Origin: Camelus ferus
Taxonomy: Eukaryota
NCBI RefSeq assembly: GCF_009834535.1
Contig: NC_045697.1
Span: 76,570,001 to 76,634,000, forward strand
Direction of reading: 5' to 3'
Length of the DNA stretch: 64,000 bases
Both the position numbers and the translations under genes were made by a program. How positions within the stretch are numbered: position 1 is the stretch's first letter; each line of letters starts with the position of its first letter. The notes under the pieces are model-generated. The model saw only the letters and a program-made list of their open reading frames with translations, was not told the DNA's origin and ran no database searches. This document shows, in pieces, positions 47,860 to 61,184 of this stretch.

Positions 47860-50800
47860 CTATTTTAAAAAGAAGAAGAATTTCTCAGGTTCCACAAAAG
47901 TGATCATACTTCATAATTAACATGCTCAGAGGCTTAAAAATGGATTTCTACCTGTTAAGGGGCTTTAGTTATAGGCATCTTTTACTAATTATCAACTTCC
48001 AATAAATTACCCAGTAGTTAGAAATGAAGAAAATTCAAATGTTTCCCAAAGTGAGTATGCATTTTGAAAATATACAAAATACAGAATGAATTACACCTAA
48101 TTTTGAAAAAGTAATTTACAAAGCCTAGTGGTCTACTTAATTGTAATTTTATATAATAAGTCTACACTATTTCTCCTAACTTCATTAAAACACATTTTAC
48201 AACTATCTTTATCCAATACACTGAAATAAGTTCTCTTCCTGGTCACTGCATTCTATGGCTGTGTGCATGATAATGATGAATAATCAGTGATGAACCATTT
48301 CTATCTGAAGGTTATAGCTCTTCAAGTACCAGTATCTTTCACTTTTTTATACTGAAAGCAGATATAGTAAAACATATTAAATTGATTGATTTACAAGATA
48401 GGCAGCCAGTCAATATCTAAAATGTTATCCATAGCATTTGTCAATATTTTAATTAGAATTCTTCAGATGCCAATGAACAGATTCTGGATACATCAGAGAT
48501 TCTTAAATGTTGAAAAATTTATTGTCACCTAAGGTGTGAGCACTCTTCAGATACAAATGATACAAACAAGACAGGAAGAGTTGATATATTATGAAGCATG
48601 CTTGTGTTTTCCTCCAACAAAATGACTGTAAAATATTATTCATTATCAATACCAAGCAAACAAAATAAAAGACTGGGCACATCATATTAAGATTTTCTAA
48701 TTGTAATTATTGACTGAATAACATTTTTTTCTATAAATACAATCTCTTAAAAGACTTGAAAAACATAAATTTATCCTTACAGAATCATGCTTAGTACTTA
48801 AGAATAATATAAGAACATGCAGACCAAGTATAACCATCAACATAACCATAAAAAGTTTTCCTTTATACCTCAGAAAAGATGAATATACTTCCTTTTTAAG
48901 TGTTAAAAAAAAACTCTGAAATAACTTTATAAGATATTTGGGAAAAATTCAGTAATGCCAGATTGGTACAAGGGGAAGGATCACCCGGTAGAATTTTAGA
49001 TTTTAGTATAAGGAGGATTCTGAGTTCATGCCAATGGAGATAGGGGAGATCTGTCTACTTCAGGAAAGTGAGTTTCAAAAGGAGAGACCATTAAATTGAA
49101 AAGGTTATGTGACAAAGAGGAGGGTTTGGGCTGCAGACTATTATTTTTAGAAGCTCCGAGAAGTTTGGTTTTCTTCCTTATGGTCTCTTAACAGCATTCC
49201 CTTGAAGGGGTTAACTCTTGCCCACAGAAGCTTACCTCTGTAGGTTTGGCTTTATTTTCAGCCTGATAGAAATTTAGTGGAAGAGGCAAAAAAGACTTTA
49301 TTTCTTTTAATGAAAAAAAGGCTAAATTTAGGGGTAAAACCCAAAGTTACAGCCTAGCGGGACCTTTACATAGAAGATTTTCATGTACTTTTAATGTCAT
49401 CTTGAAATAGTTATTCAATAAACTGACATTCCCAGAGCACAGACATGGCAGCCGTGTCAGCTGTGAGAACATCGTCAGTAGGTTAATTTGCAGTCACTGA
49501 TGGAAACACGTGCTTGTTCTCTTCACTCTGCAGAGCCCCCGAAGGCGCTGTGCATGCACATGCATGTAGTGTGTTCATCACGTAAAGCTCGCTCCACAAG
49601 TACCACTTTACGCTGATAGAGANNNNNNNNNNNNNNNNNNNNNNNNNNNNNNNNNNNNNNNNNNNNNNNNNNNNNNNNNNNNNNNNNNNNNNNNNNNNNN
49701 NNNNNNNNNNNNNNNNNNNNNNNNNNNNNNNNNNNNNNNNNNNNNNNNNNNNNNNNNNNNNNNNNNNNNNNNNNNNNNNNNNNNNNNNNNNNNNGAAGAA
49801 ATCACTTAAGCACACATTCTGCTAAAGAAATAACCACTGTAACAAAAGGCTGGGAGAGGAGCAACTCTGAAGAGAAAAGTAACAGCCAGTGAAGTTGGCC
49901 AAAATAAAACAGTTTGATGGGATCCTGTAACTAGGGCTTGACCAGAAACAGGGATGGCTCTCTGGAGCGGCACAGAGGAGCCCTGGCTCCTCCTTGGATT
50001 CTGCATTCTTGTCCTGGATACACATCAATACTTGAGTGCTGACAAACTAGGCAGAGCTGGTGGCCAGAGACAAGGTCTGGAACACACCAGGATGAGCTGA
50101 GATGGATGTTTCTGGTACCTTAAAGTCTATGCTAAAAGACCCGAGTCAGAACGCCCGCTGGTACCCCCTCCAGCTTGCTCCTCTCCCAGCTCAGCCCTCC
50201 ACACGTGACATCTGGAGACGGTTGCAGGAGTCAGACANNNNNNNNNNNNNNNNNNNNNNNNNNNNNNNNNNNNNNNNNNNNNNNNNNNNNNNNNNNNNNN
50301 NNNNNNNNNNNNNNNNNNNNNNNNNNNNNNNNNNNNNNNNNNNNNNNNNNNNNNNNNNNNNNNNNNNNNGGGGGAAGTAATGGTGATTCAAAAGATGGTT
50401 GAGCCAATAAAGTCTGGAAGGGCATTTACCACTGTTTTCTGGTTTAGGGAAGGCATGATATTATGAAAAATAACTTAGACTTTCAGAGTGGCAATGGATG
50501 CTGGGCAGCAATATGTGGAGTTTTATTAAAAGTACTTCAGATGAAAGAAGGGGAACTTAAAGGCTATGTCAGAAAGGAAGGTCAGTGCTGACTTAGACCC
50601 CAAGGCTGTGGTCCTTGTGAATGAGGTGTTTCTGCCACCGATCTGGTGAAGATGGTGGATACCAACTGTATTGAAGACACCAGTGGCAGTTGAAGTTCAG
50701 AGGAATAACAAAGACTTCTCCCGATTTTCAATACCTGCCAACTTGCTTTTTTTCCTAATCCTATAACAGATGAAAGCTACATTGAGCTAGAGGAAGATGA

Positions 50801-52624
50801 AAAAATATTAATAGTTTCTATATTTTTGAAATGTATCTAAATTTATGACATAATGCTTTGTAGCTCTCATTAAAAACATGTTCAATGTGTTAAAAAAATA
50901 CACGTCTCTTTCTTTGAACATTCTTTTTAAGGAAACTGAAAGCAAATACTTTCCTTAAGTCAGATAAACAAATTTTAGAAGTGCTAAGATTTCTCAGCAA
51001 TGCCAATTGGAGAAACAGACTAATCTATAAACCCGAAGATGTTCTTTAATTCACCCTTATTGATCTCATGCCAAGTGTTCACAATGGTAAATGGGTTTCC
51101 AGCATACTCACAGGTAAAAAAGCGAAAAAAAAAAAATTCTGTTCAAGAGAGGAAAAGCAGTTTGGATTCAGTTGAGCTAACACTAAAAATGAAGTAGGCA
51201 GGATAATTACATAGTGGGAATGTAGCCATGGAAATTAGTATTTAGGAATCAAGGTAAAGGTTGTGGAAATCTGCATGGATCACAGGGATGGAGGAATTAA
51301 GGAAAGGAGGCAAAAGGAGGAGAAGGAAGGAATGCACCTCAGCTGTTTCACATTAACATAAATATCTCTGCATATTTATAGACAAGAAGTTGGTACAGTG
51401 CAGAATACAAAATACCATGCAATACATATTTAGTGTATTCATTCTGCAATCAGGATGGCAGATACAATAAAATGGAATAATTTCAGAAGCGAAATAACAT
51501 GAATATTCAAAGACATACACATAACAGACATAGATGAGATATGCATTCAAATGAACGCATCCATTCTGACGGTGTGAGTGAAAGCTCCATGTTCATCTCT
51601 TGTGTGCCAAAAAGACTGCATCAGAAGGCTCGGAATCAAAACCACGTGGGTTTCTCTAATATCAGGGAAAGAGAGAATTCTGTGTGGTTTAGTTGGTCAT
51701 GATCAAAAACAAAGCCCCGAGAAGCCAGGGAGAAATGAGAGCAAGTTCAGTGATAGGAAGTGAGCCGGGAGGAGCTTCCGGGGTAAATGCTCAGTCATAC
51801 AAGATGAACCAACACTCTTCCTCAACAAACAGCTTCAGTGCCGTGACGTCAAACTGATTTAAACTTGTTTGGGAGGCAGTGGACTCTTCTTTGCAAGGCT
51901 GTGACTGACACCAGATGGGTTGGGTATTATTAATTTAAGACTCCATTCATTTTTGGATTGGCTAATCAACTCAGATTAATCACTCAACAGAAAAGTGATG
52001 CCAAATGAATGCTGACTGTACAGGCTATGAGAATTATTTTTCAGTAATATTTTAGTGACCCTCAAGCTTTATGGAAAACAGACACTATTGTACAAAGAGC
52101 AATGTGTCAGTGTTATTATTCATCCGCATAGTTTTGTAACAGCTAGTGATTCCCTGTGCCAGATAAGACTATCTGTCATTGTGGGCGTGAGCACATGAGG
52201 GCTCTTGCTAATTTTTCTCTCCCATGCCAAAGAATGATATACGTAAAGTATTCACATTTGGATTTAATTTTCCTGAATATAAAACTTCTAATCATGGAAT
52301 CTGAAATATGGAAATACTTTTGTGGGGGTAATTAACATTATTCTGAGGATTAAATGTATAGCTTTAGGTTTTCATAAGTTATAATACTGGTAACTTCTTT
52401 GTTTAAAAGATCATTAAAATGAATGTCTTCATAGTGGTGACATACTTTTGAGTGGGTAAGGTTTTAGATGCATACAATCCATTAGGTAAATATAAAATAA
52501 ATGCCTATAATTTTTTAAAAATACCTATAAAGTACACACACATCTTGGGTTAAAAGCTCACATGAATAATTTATCTCCAAACGTATATTTTACAGTTAGA
52601 ATGTACAATGACGAATAAAAGAAC

Positions 52625-52768
52625 TTTTTTTTTTGGTTTGTTTTTTGGGGGAATTAGATAATTAGGTTTGTTTGTTTGTTTATTTATTTACACGGAGGTA
52701 CTGAGGATTGAGCCCAGGACCTCATGCATGCTAGGCACACATTCTACCACTGAGCCACACCCTCCCCA
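52625..52768 (-). mobile_element. Vic-1-like SINE
   Basis: A/B boxes; TSD taaaagaactttttt. Confidence 0.9.
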
Positions 52769-54026
52769 CTAAAAGAACTTTTTTAATGCCTCAGTTTCCT
52801 CACCTGTGAAATGGGGACATAGCACCAACTTCAGGGAGTTGTTATGAGGATTAAAAGACTTATCATGGGTAAAATTCTTAGAAAAAACACATAATAAGTG
52901 TTCAATAAACATCATGATATTGGTGAGGATGGTGATGGTGCTTTTACATGAACACTCACATGAGCTCTCCTAGCAATGGGAAAGCTTAGTAATGTTTAAG
53001 GCCCAAAGAATACACAACAGGCTTAATCACCTTTCTTTGGCAACTCTCATTTGGCCTTGCTTTTCAACAGTTGTGAACTTCACTGTTAAAGAGAATTTAT
53101 AGGGTTTTGAAAACAGTGTGTTAAGTAGAACAGGACATAAATTAATCTGAGAAATACAATCGGTTTAAATTCGAACTGTGAAAGTACATATTCAGCCACA
53201 TTAAGATTTTCATTATTCTACTGAGGTGCTGAGGGTGTTTTTCCTTCTTTAGTTACGTCCAATATAAAAAATTATTCTTCAAAGACCCAAGCAAAGGGGA
53301 GCGGAAAGGAAAAAGTGATTTAAAAAGTCCATAATCCAAATTTTCCTTCCAGACATAAAACCATTTTGCCCGATACTGGCTCCTCTATCCCCTGGAGCTG
53401 ATGGTCTTGAGATAGAACCTGAAACCAGTCTCATAAAATACACTAATATCTTCATTTAAAAATATCTACAGTATCTGCAGGCAACAAGTCCTGATCCCTA
53501 TATAATGGACTCACTGGGGTTTATCAGTCACACTGCTTGTGTTTCATTTCCCAATCAAAAAAATCAAGATGCAGGACATATCCTCTGACCCTCCACTGGG
53601 GATGCTGGGAAGATAAACGAGATGCTGGCTGTACAGGGCTAGGTGAGCTCTGCCAGAAGACCGTTGCAGATCTGTGCTATTTAATTTTACTTTAATGTAA
53701 TAAATGCCTCCTCCTCACCCTGATTTTCAAAACCCCCTGGAAACTACATCATTGATTGTTTGGTGTCAGGCAGCAGAAAGTTTGCAGCCCTGCTATGTGG
53801 GGATTGCGGTTTTTTTTTTTCTTTTGTGCTAACTGTGCCCTTGTTTCTCGCCGTGTAGCCTTCTTTATTCCTCTGCGAAGGCCTGGTTCCTCAGATCAGA
53901 CATCAGTGTGTTTTTGGAGCACAGGATGCAGAAAGATCAGACGTATGAAAGAATTGAACAGGTTGAACAGCAAAGCAGACAGAAGCAGGAAAATCAAACA
54001 GGCACATGCTAGGATGGGGAGGTCAC

Positions 54027-54080
54027 CTTTTCCCCCTTTTCTCCCAGATCACCCTTCTCGCCTCGTGGACCAGGGAAACC
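54027..54080 (-). CDS. COL25A1: COL25A1 exon GFPGPRGEKGDLGEKGEK
   Basis: 54-nt Gly-X-Y exon, ctttag/gtgacc. Confidence 0.97.
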
Positions 54081-55033
54081 CTAAAGGATAAAAAGCAAAC
54101 CAAAAAGATCTATTGATGTAACTGTGGCAAAACCACATCAAAAAAAAAAAAAAAAAAGTAAGATTTCATGTATCTGAATGCAAATATAAAGAAACATGGC
54201 ATGCCCCTAAATCTCAAAACTTAGATGGGTGAAGTAGCACTTAGAAATAACAGTTTCCTAGCATCTCAAGTATCTATAAACAACAGATTCCTTTTTTTGC
54301 CTAAGAATAACAGGATCCTAGTTTGAATCCTGGCAAGCTTTCTGATTTGTGTGGCCGCAGACAAATAACCTCAGCATTTTTGTCCTTTGACTGTAAAATG
54401 AGGTTAATGATATCTGCTACTCACACAACTGCTGGTGTGAGTGTTAAATGCAAATGATTATATATGAAATACAGAATGACATCTGCACACAACAGGTGCC
54501 CAATAAATGGTAACTACTGTTACTTTTGTAACTACGTAATACAGGATGAGAAGTAATCATCTTAAGAGAGCTTGACTTTTGATTTTCTCTATTTTTATAG
54601 AATTATGTTACTATAAGATATATAGGGACTTGATGCTAAAAAGAGAACTACTGCATAACAGCTTTGAGAATAAACATAATAAACCATTCCCTAATGGTAG
54701 CATATGATAGAGATTTCAATTTCATGCATATTTTAAAATAAGTGGTTCGATTGCTGATGTTGAGTGTCTCTAATTTGGGATAGTATTTTGAAGTGCCACA
54801 CTGTCACCTGTTGGTTATTAATTTCATACCAGATAATTATGGTTTTTGCTTTTACATCTACTTCATGCAGACGCTAGTGGTGTATTTCAAATTGCTGTCC
54901 GCAGGCACAGCAGTGCATGCAGTATGCGTAACTATGTGCACAGAAAAAAACAGAAGTATTCTTGCTCTTACTGATGATGGAGACCATCAGCATCTATTAT
55001 AATGGGAAGATGTTTGTTGTACACATTACTTAC

Positions 55034-55060
55034 ATCAAGACCAGGCTCTCCATCTTTCCC
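55034..55060 (-). CDS. COL25A1: COL25A1 exon GKDGEPGLD
   Basis: 27-nt Gly-X-Y exon, tggcag/gtaagt. Confidence 0.95.
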
Positions 55061-56149
55061 CTGCCAAAGAATCATAGTAGCTACATTAGTGTTCCTAAGT
55101 TCCATGAAGAGGTTATTGTTTTATTTAAGGCTGCCTGGACATGCAACACTAGTATTAGAACAACTACTTCAGAAATGTGAGGAAGAGTCCTTACTGATTA
55201 GTAATACAAATTTCTTTCACTAAATCAAGTGAAGTGACTGTTAATGTTGCAGTTAAGGGTCATGAAAATGTTTTATTATGTATCAGGTTAAGTAGTCTGA
55301 TATTTTGCTGAAGTTTAATCCTTGGTATCCAAGTTATCAATCCAGGAGTACGCTGAAAACAAAAATACTGTTTAGTTAATATAAAAACACACCAGCACTA
55401 ATAGAGTATGCAAATCAATGCTACTTTAGTTTGACAACTAAATCTAGTAGTTAGCTCATGACTGAGTAAAGAATGTGAAAACTGTCTATTACATATAATT
55501 TTAATTTGGCTAGATGTGTACCTTGTCTATTAATATTGAGGGTCTGAGGATCACAACCTAAAAACTGTTTGTAAGTGCACGACCCCCTACTATAAAAAGA
55601 GTAGAAAACTTTTGTGCAAGGATGATAAATTCACCCCCGTGGTGCAGATTTTCAGAGCAGTGACGAGTGTCAGCCATATAAGGGATCTACCAAAAGTTAG
55701 AGAAGTCACTTTGATTCCATCAATTAGATTTCAAAATCAGCACCTCTTTAAGCACTCAAATAATCATAGTTTATTATTTCAGTTCATAAAAACTGGCAAG
55801 TACAGGTATGTGGAAGGTAAGTAGGGGTTGAAAACATAGAGACAGTATGTGCTTCCACAGCAGACCTACCTACCCTACTGAGTCATTGAGATATTGTTCG
55901 GAAGCGAACCTGAGGCCTCGATCTGAAGCAGGTGTAACTGAGAATTTTCAGAAGACAGAACACTATCAACATTCTCTGCTCTGAAAGATCACTGGCCGTC
56001 ACAGTCATTTAGAAAGGCCAGAAACATCAATGTCACCTTAAACGTCAAGTTGAGAAATAACTTTTATTAGCAAGAGCAGTGTTAGTAAGTAACCTGTGAG
56101 AACAGATAAAGTCTGAAGAGCTGTTTTCAATAAAGCTTGCACACCCACT

Positions 56150-56560
56150 GCTGGTACGGGGACCTCCCAGGAAGGGCCAGTTAGGGGTCAGACGGACGGC
56201 CTACGGAGGGCGCGACTGACAGCCCGAATCCCGCCGTCGGGTGAGCCCTGTCTGTCTCTCGGACAAGCTCTGATCCTCAGTCTCGTGAGGTGTGTGGGTG
56301 GTGTCTGTACGCGAGCGCGACAAAGCGACACGAATATGACCCGTCTCTGAAGGACACGGTTAGGCTGGGTTGTAGAGAGTTAGTGGATGGTTCCTTGTTC
56401 CTCTAGCGGGATTAGCCTCCATGCGAGGCTAGGGTTAACTGGCGAGTGACGGGCGTCTACACATGCGGGAGGGGAAACTTCGCCAGACAGAGAACTCACC
56501 GGCAGGCCGTATGGTCCTCGGGGTCCCGGCTCGCCCGCAGCTCCCTTTTCACCCTGTGAT
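56150..56560. promoter_or_regulatory. Intragenic CpG-rich island in COL25A1 spanning one exon
   Basis: High CpG density against an AT-rich background. Confidence 0.6.
56500..56553 (-). CDS. COL25A1: COL25A1 exon GEKGAAGEPGPRGPYGLP
   Basis: 54-nt Gly-X-Y exon, tcacag/gtgagt. Confidence 0.97.
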
Positions 56561-58225
56561 GAAAGGCGAAAGTTCAAATTATACACAAATGCCTATATTC
56601 ACACACTTTCCCTAATGGCCTGTATCTAAAACCTCTGTTTGAAGCACCATTTGATTAAAATTCTAAAGAGTCAGGCTCTTCCAGGGTCGCTGTCAGAGAT
56701 ACAGCAAAAGAAATCCACATTAACGTTTTTAGAGAATCACCTTTGAAAAGACCGTGGGTCAGACCACTGCTGCACAACTGTGCGAAAGGGTCTGCATATC
56801 TAGGATGCTGTGCTTGGGTTTCTTTGGTATTAGTGTGAAAATTTATTTGTTACTGCTTATTTTAAGTTACTACTCTTTTAAAAAATAGAAGAATAAACTG
56901 CTTTTTGTCCCCCTATCAAGTGTCTCCTCTTCAGCAAGCTCTTCCTTCCTTGACGGTCTCCACCCTTCACTGAGCTGTATTTTACTTCATGGTGCTCACA
57001 CAGTGGGAGACACACCCACGTTTTAACTTGTTTATTCTCTGCTGAGCCCCTCCCTAGAAGATGCACATGAGGGTGCCCCAGCTCTGGCTTCCTTCCCTTC
57101 TGCCTCCCCAGTTTATAATAGTGTCTGGCACATCAGTACGTATTTGTTGCATTAATAAATTAAATCAAATCAATACAATCATGTACGTTTTGCTTCCTTT
57201 CTGAAAAAGAGGATTTCAAAATGTTTATGCCTTCTCCTCAATGCCTGATAAGGTAGGAACTGATTACTTTCATCACTCTCTTTCCATGTACCTATTCAAG
57301 TAGAATAGCTGGTCCCTGCTTAAACGATAATCTTGAATGCTTATAAAAAAGTAAATGTAATTGGAGGTGGTCCCAGGAATATGAAATAATTGTGATAATA
57401 AAGAAAGAGATGTTTGGCATTTCAAATAGTGTCTTCTGCTGCTGCCATCTCCAAAATTAAACTGTCAGTATTTAGCATGAAAACTTCAGGAGTATGATGA
57501 TGTTTATAGGAGGGGCCAAACAGAAAATGTTACCTTCTTTTATCACACCTCTGAAGAAGTTTAAAGGGTCCCAAAACCTTTTCATGGGTAAAATGCCAAG
57601 TTCAGCTGATAACTGCATGCAGATCCAAGTATTATGTGTGTTTCTCTCTCTTGCAAATTCCCATGTGAGCAAATTTCAAGTCACTGTTAACATTCTTCTT
57701 TAATCTAAATTTAGGGGTTGTTGGTGCCAATTAGCACTGTCTCTTAGAGGCACATATAATATAGGGAGATTATGGGGAATAAATACGATAAAATTTGTTG
57801 AACTTTTACTCATTATAATTTTATGTTTATTACTGAAACAGCAGGAATTGCATTTGGTAAAGTGACCAGGCTTTGAAATGCAACAGACTTACATTTGAAT
57901 TCTAGTTCTGGTGCTTACTGGTTGTGTGATCTTGGGTAACTTTCTTAACCTTTCTGTGCCTGTGTTTCATTGGTTGTAAAATAAGAATAATAATACATAT
58001 TCTGCAATAATTTGTCTGAAGATTAAATGTGATTATAAAATATACAATGATATGTTGCCTAATAAAATGTCCATAAATAGCAGCTATCATCATTATTGTA
58101 CAGTTAGAGGTCTCATATTTAATAAAAAGGGCTTGGCAACCCAAAGAGCACCAATTCAAAATAAATTTCTTTCAGTTTGATCTGTTATTTATGATTTTTC
58201 TAAATGGTGGTGGTGCTGGTGGTGA

Positions 58226-58258
58226 GTGTGTGTGTGTGTGTGTGTGTGTTTGTGTGTG
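58226..58258. repeat. (GT)n microsatellite
   Basis: Direct reading. Confidence 0.95.
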
Positions 58259-58519
58259 TAGTGGGGGGTGGGGGTTTAGAAGGAGGGTTCATAACCTGGA
58301 ATCAGTCTAATCTGTAAAAACTCAATACATTAGAGTACGTCTAATTTAAAAAACCTCCACAGATTATTTTGATATACCTCCTCCCTTCTTCCTCATCTGA
58401 CTGAGTGTCTCAGCTTTATTTTGTTTTTAAAATAAATATACCATGGCTTATTTGAATTAAGCTGTCACTAAAGCATTTGTCTGTGGAACTCCTCTTACAG
58501 AATTGTCCATTCCAAATAA

Positions 58520-58895
58520 TTAAACTAATCATGACAGTTCATCTCACTCGCCACTGACTGCTTCAGAAGTGGAAATATGACCCAATTCTGGTCCATGAGG
58601 CATTGGGGAAGTCTCTGGGACGCTTTGGGGAAAGTTTCCTCACTGCTAAGGAAGATTCAGGAGAAGACAGTCTCCATGTTTGTTTTCTGCTGAGCCCCCT
58701 CCACAGGGGAGGTTTGGAACCACTGTGACCAGCTTGCCTGCGGTCAGAAGACAAAGCCAGCTCATAGAAAGGGCACAGAAACAAAGTCTAGAGATCCTCC
58801 TTTGAATATTTTGTCAGACAAAATGTACATTTCTTTATTATTTAAGCCATTTTGTGTTGGGGTTCTATCACTTAGAGCCCAAAGCATCCTAATGG
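58520..58895 (+). mobile_element. Old MLT1-like LTR fragment
   Basis: ctttattatttaagcc...ggggttctatcactt...aaagcatcctaat 3' signature. Confidence 0.55.
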
Positions 58896-60485
58896 TCCCA
58901 GTTCGAACGCTTTTAAGAATGAAATATTAACACAGGGCTTGGAATGTGCAACTTCTTTTCCTGGATTAATTAATTCCAAAAGAGCTTTTGAGCCTCTCAA
59001 ATTTAACATAAGCTATCGAGTTCCTAAGTAGTTACAAGGCCAAGATGGAGAAATCAGCTGAAGGCAGGGACCATCTGCTCTGGAGAGCTGCATACCAATG
59101 CTGTCAGTCAAGTCTTTGACAGTTCTTGAATAAAACTGTCTGTCAAATGCCTGGTTTCTTTTGGTCTGGTCTTATTTCATTCAGTCTCTTCAATTTGCAC
59201 ATCTACACTGAGGAATTATTCTAGAATGGCTCCCTTTCTTGATTCCTGCCTCTTTAAAATTTAAAACTTTTTCAAGAGACTCCAGATGGCACCTCAGTCA
59301 ATTAACTTTGAGAATCACTCTCCAGTTTAGCTCTTAGGGTGAGGGGCACTTGGAGAGTCAGATATATGATCCAGTTAAGATGGTTAACAGGCTGCGTAAA
59401 TACAAGTGTAACACTTACACTGCACCATTTGACTTAAACTATGCCTTCACAAATTCTTAGCCATTTCATTTGCTCTCCTGGTTAATCTACCCCAGGGCTG
59501 AGACCTGATACTCTTGTGACACTGTGGAGCTCTCGGAAGTAGCAGCTGATTTACCAAACGGTAAACCCTCTTGAGCCCCGGGGCCTTCTGCCAAAAGACT
59601 ACTTGAGATTTGCTGCTCCATTTTTAGTACATGTGCTGGGTTTCTTGATACAATGCTTGAATGCATCAGCAGCGTGAGGCTCTTCGCTTTTCATTATTTT
59701 TAATTCAGATGATCTTCGAAGGTCTTGGTTTGACCTTAGAATTAAGACAGTTGCAGATTCAGATAATTCATTCTTTTAGAACTCACCTCTTTCCAGAAGT
59801 ATTCTTGGATAAAGCCAACCTTCCTTTATCACTGAATGCACAGCTGGTACTAATTGTATTTATTTTGGCCTCCTTATCTGGTTATGTCTTGCAGATTTTT
59901 TTTCTCTGCAATTAGATTGTAACCTTTTCTAGATTCCTTTTCTAGGGAAAATAGCTGCTTCCTTTACAGTATTGAGTAAATACACACAGTGTATTAATAA
60001 AAGGTTGAGGATGACGAATCGATTATAATGATATTATTGAATTCACTGGAGCAATTAGCAAAATAGAATCCATAAATGGGTGTAGAGTGTTTCCATTTCA
60101 CACTAGGAGTACACCGTGTTTTGTACATTGTAATGTGATAAATATTTACTGAATGAATGAGTTCACTTACAGTGAATGTGGAATTATGGGATTGGGATGT
60201 ATGCCAAAGAAATCACCATGTGGCCCTGTATTTTCAAGCGAATTATCCCAGACTGATGAAACTCTAGTTTTAAAAGACCACAAACTTGCACAATGAATCA
60301 TTCCAACATTTTGAAGCCCTCACTATTAGGATAATTTCTTTACATCCTATTCTGGATGGTGGGGAAATGGCTGACACAATTCCACTCAGAAACACAAAAA
60401 ACCTCCTACGTTTTCCAAGGTGAGGAAAAGAAAAAGTGGGAGAAAAACAGAGAAAGAGGGAGAGAAGTTCCAGACAGATGACCAG

Positions 60486-60503
60486 CTGCTGCTGCTGCTG
60501 CTG
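60486..60503. repeat. (CTG)6 intronic triplet repeat
   Basis: Direct reading. Confidence 0.9.
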
Positions 60504-61130
60504 CAGTACATTTTTTTGTGGCAGATATTTATCTTCCACTCTGGATGTCTTTTTTTTCCCCCAAAGATATGGAAACATGGCCTAGCAATAGAGAGGTTTG
60601 TGAAAGGTTTTTGTTTTGTAATGCACTGAAATTATTTCCTTATGGTTAAAGAAAGACAGACTATTTTTCGGCTGAAAAAAAAAAAAAGAGCATGTGTAAC
60701 TTAGGTTTTGTAATTTCCTTTAAAAAAAGTTATAACTTACTCCGAATGAATACAGTAGCTTTATATAAAAGATTATCAACCAGAAAACGTAGTCCTGGAA
60801 ATTTTAGCTCCACTGACTTCAACTTTCTGGATTAAGGCCAAATGAAAATATCTTCCTTATGGGTTAAGAAGGAAGAGTCTGAGCTATTTCTTTTAGCTAT
60901 GAAAATGTATGCATTGTTTTTTATTAAGGCAGCCATATTCTATTTTAATATTCTGTTGTTCTCTCAGTGTGAGGACTCTTAATAGAACCTGAGACGGTAT
61001 CTATTTCTATGCACTATTAGGTGGCCCTTTATTTCTTCTGGGAAGTGAACAGTTCAGATCAACCCAAATGGAAAGGCCACATGCTGTGTTTTCTTTAGAT
61101 CACAGCTTAATAACTTCAGGAGCAACTTAC

Positions 61131-61184
61131 TCTTTCTCCTTTGGGACCTGCAGGGCCATGGGGTCCCACAGGGCCATCTGTACC
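61131..61184 (-). CDS. COL25A1: COL25A1 exon GTDGPVGPHGPAGPKGER
   Basis: 54-nt Gly-X-Y exon, ttttag/gtaagt. Confidence 0.97.
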
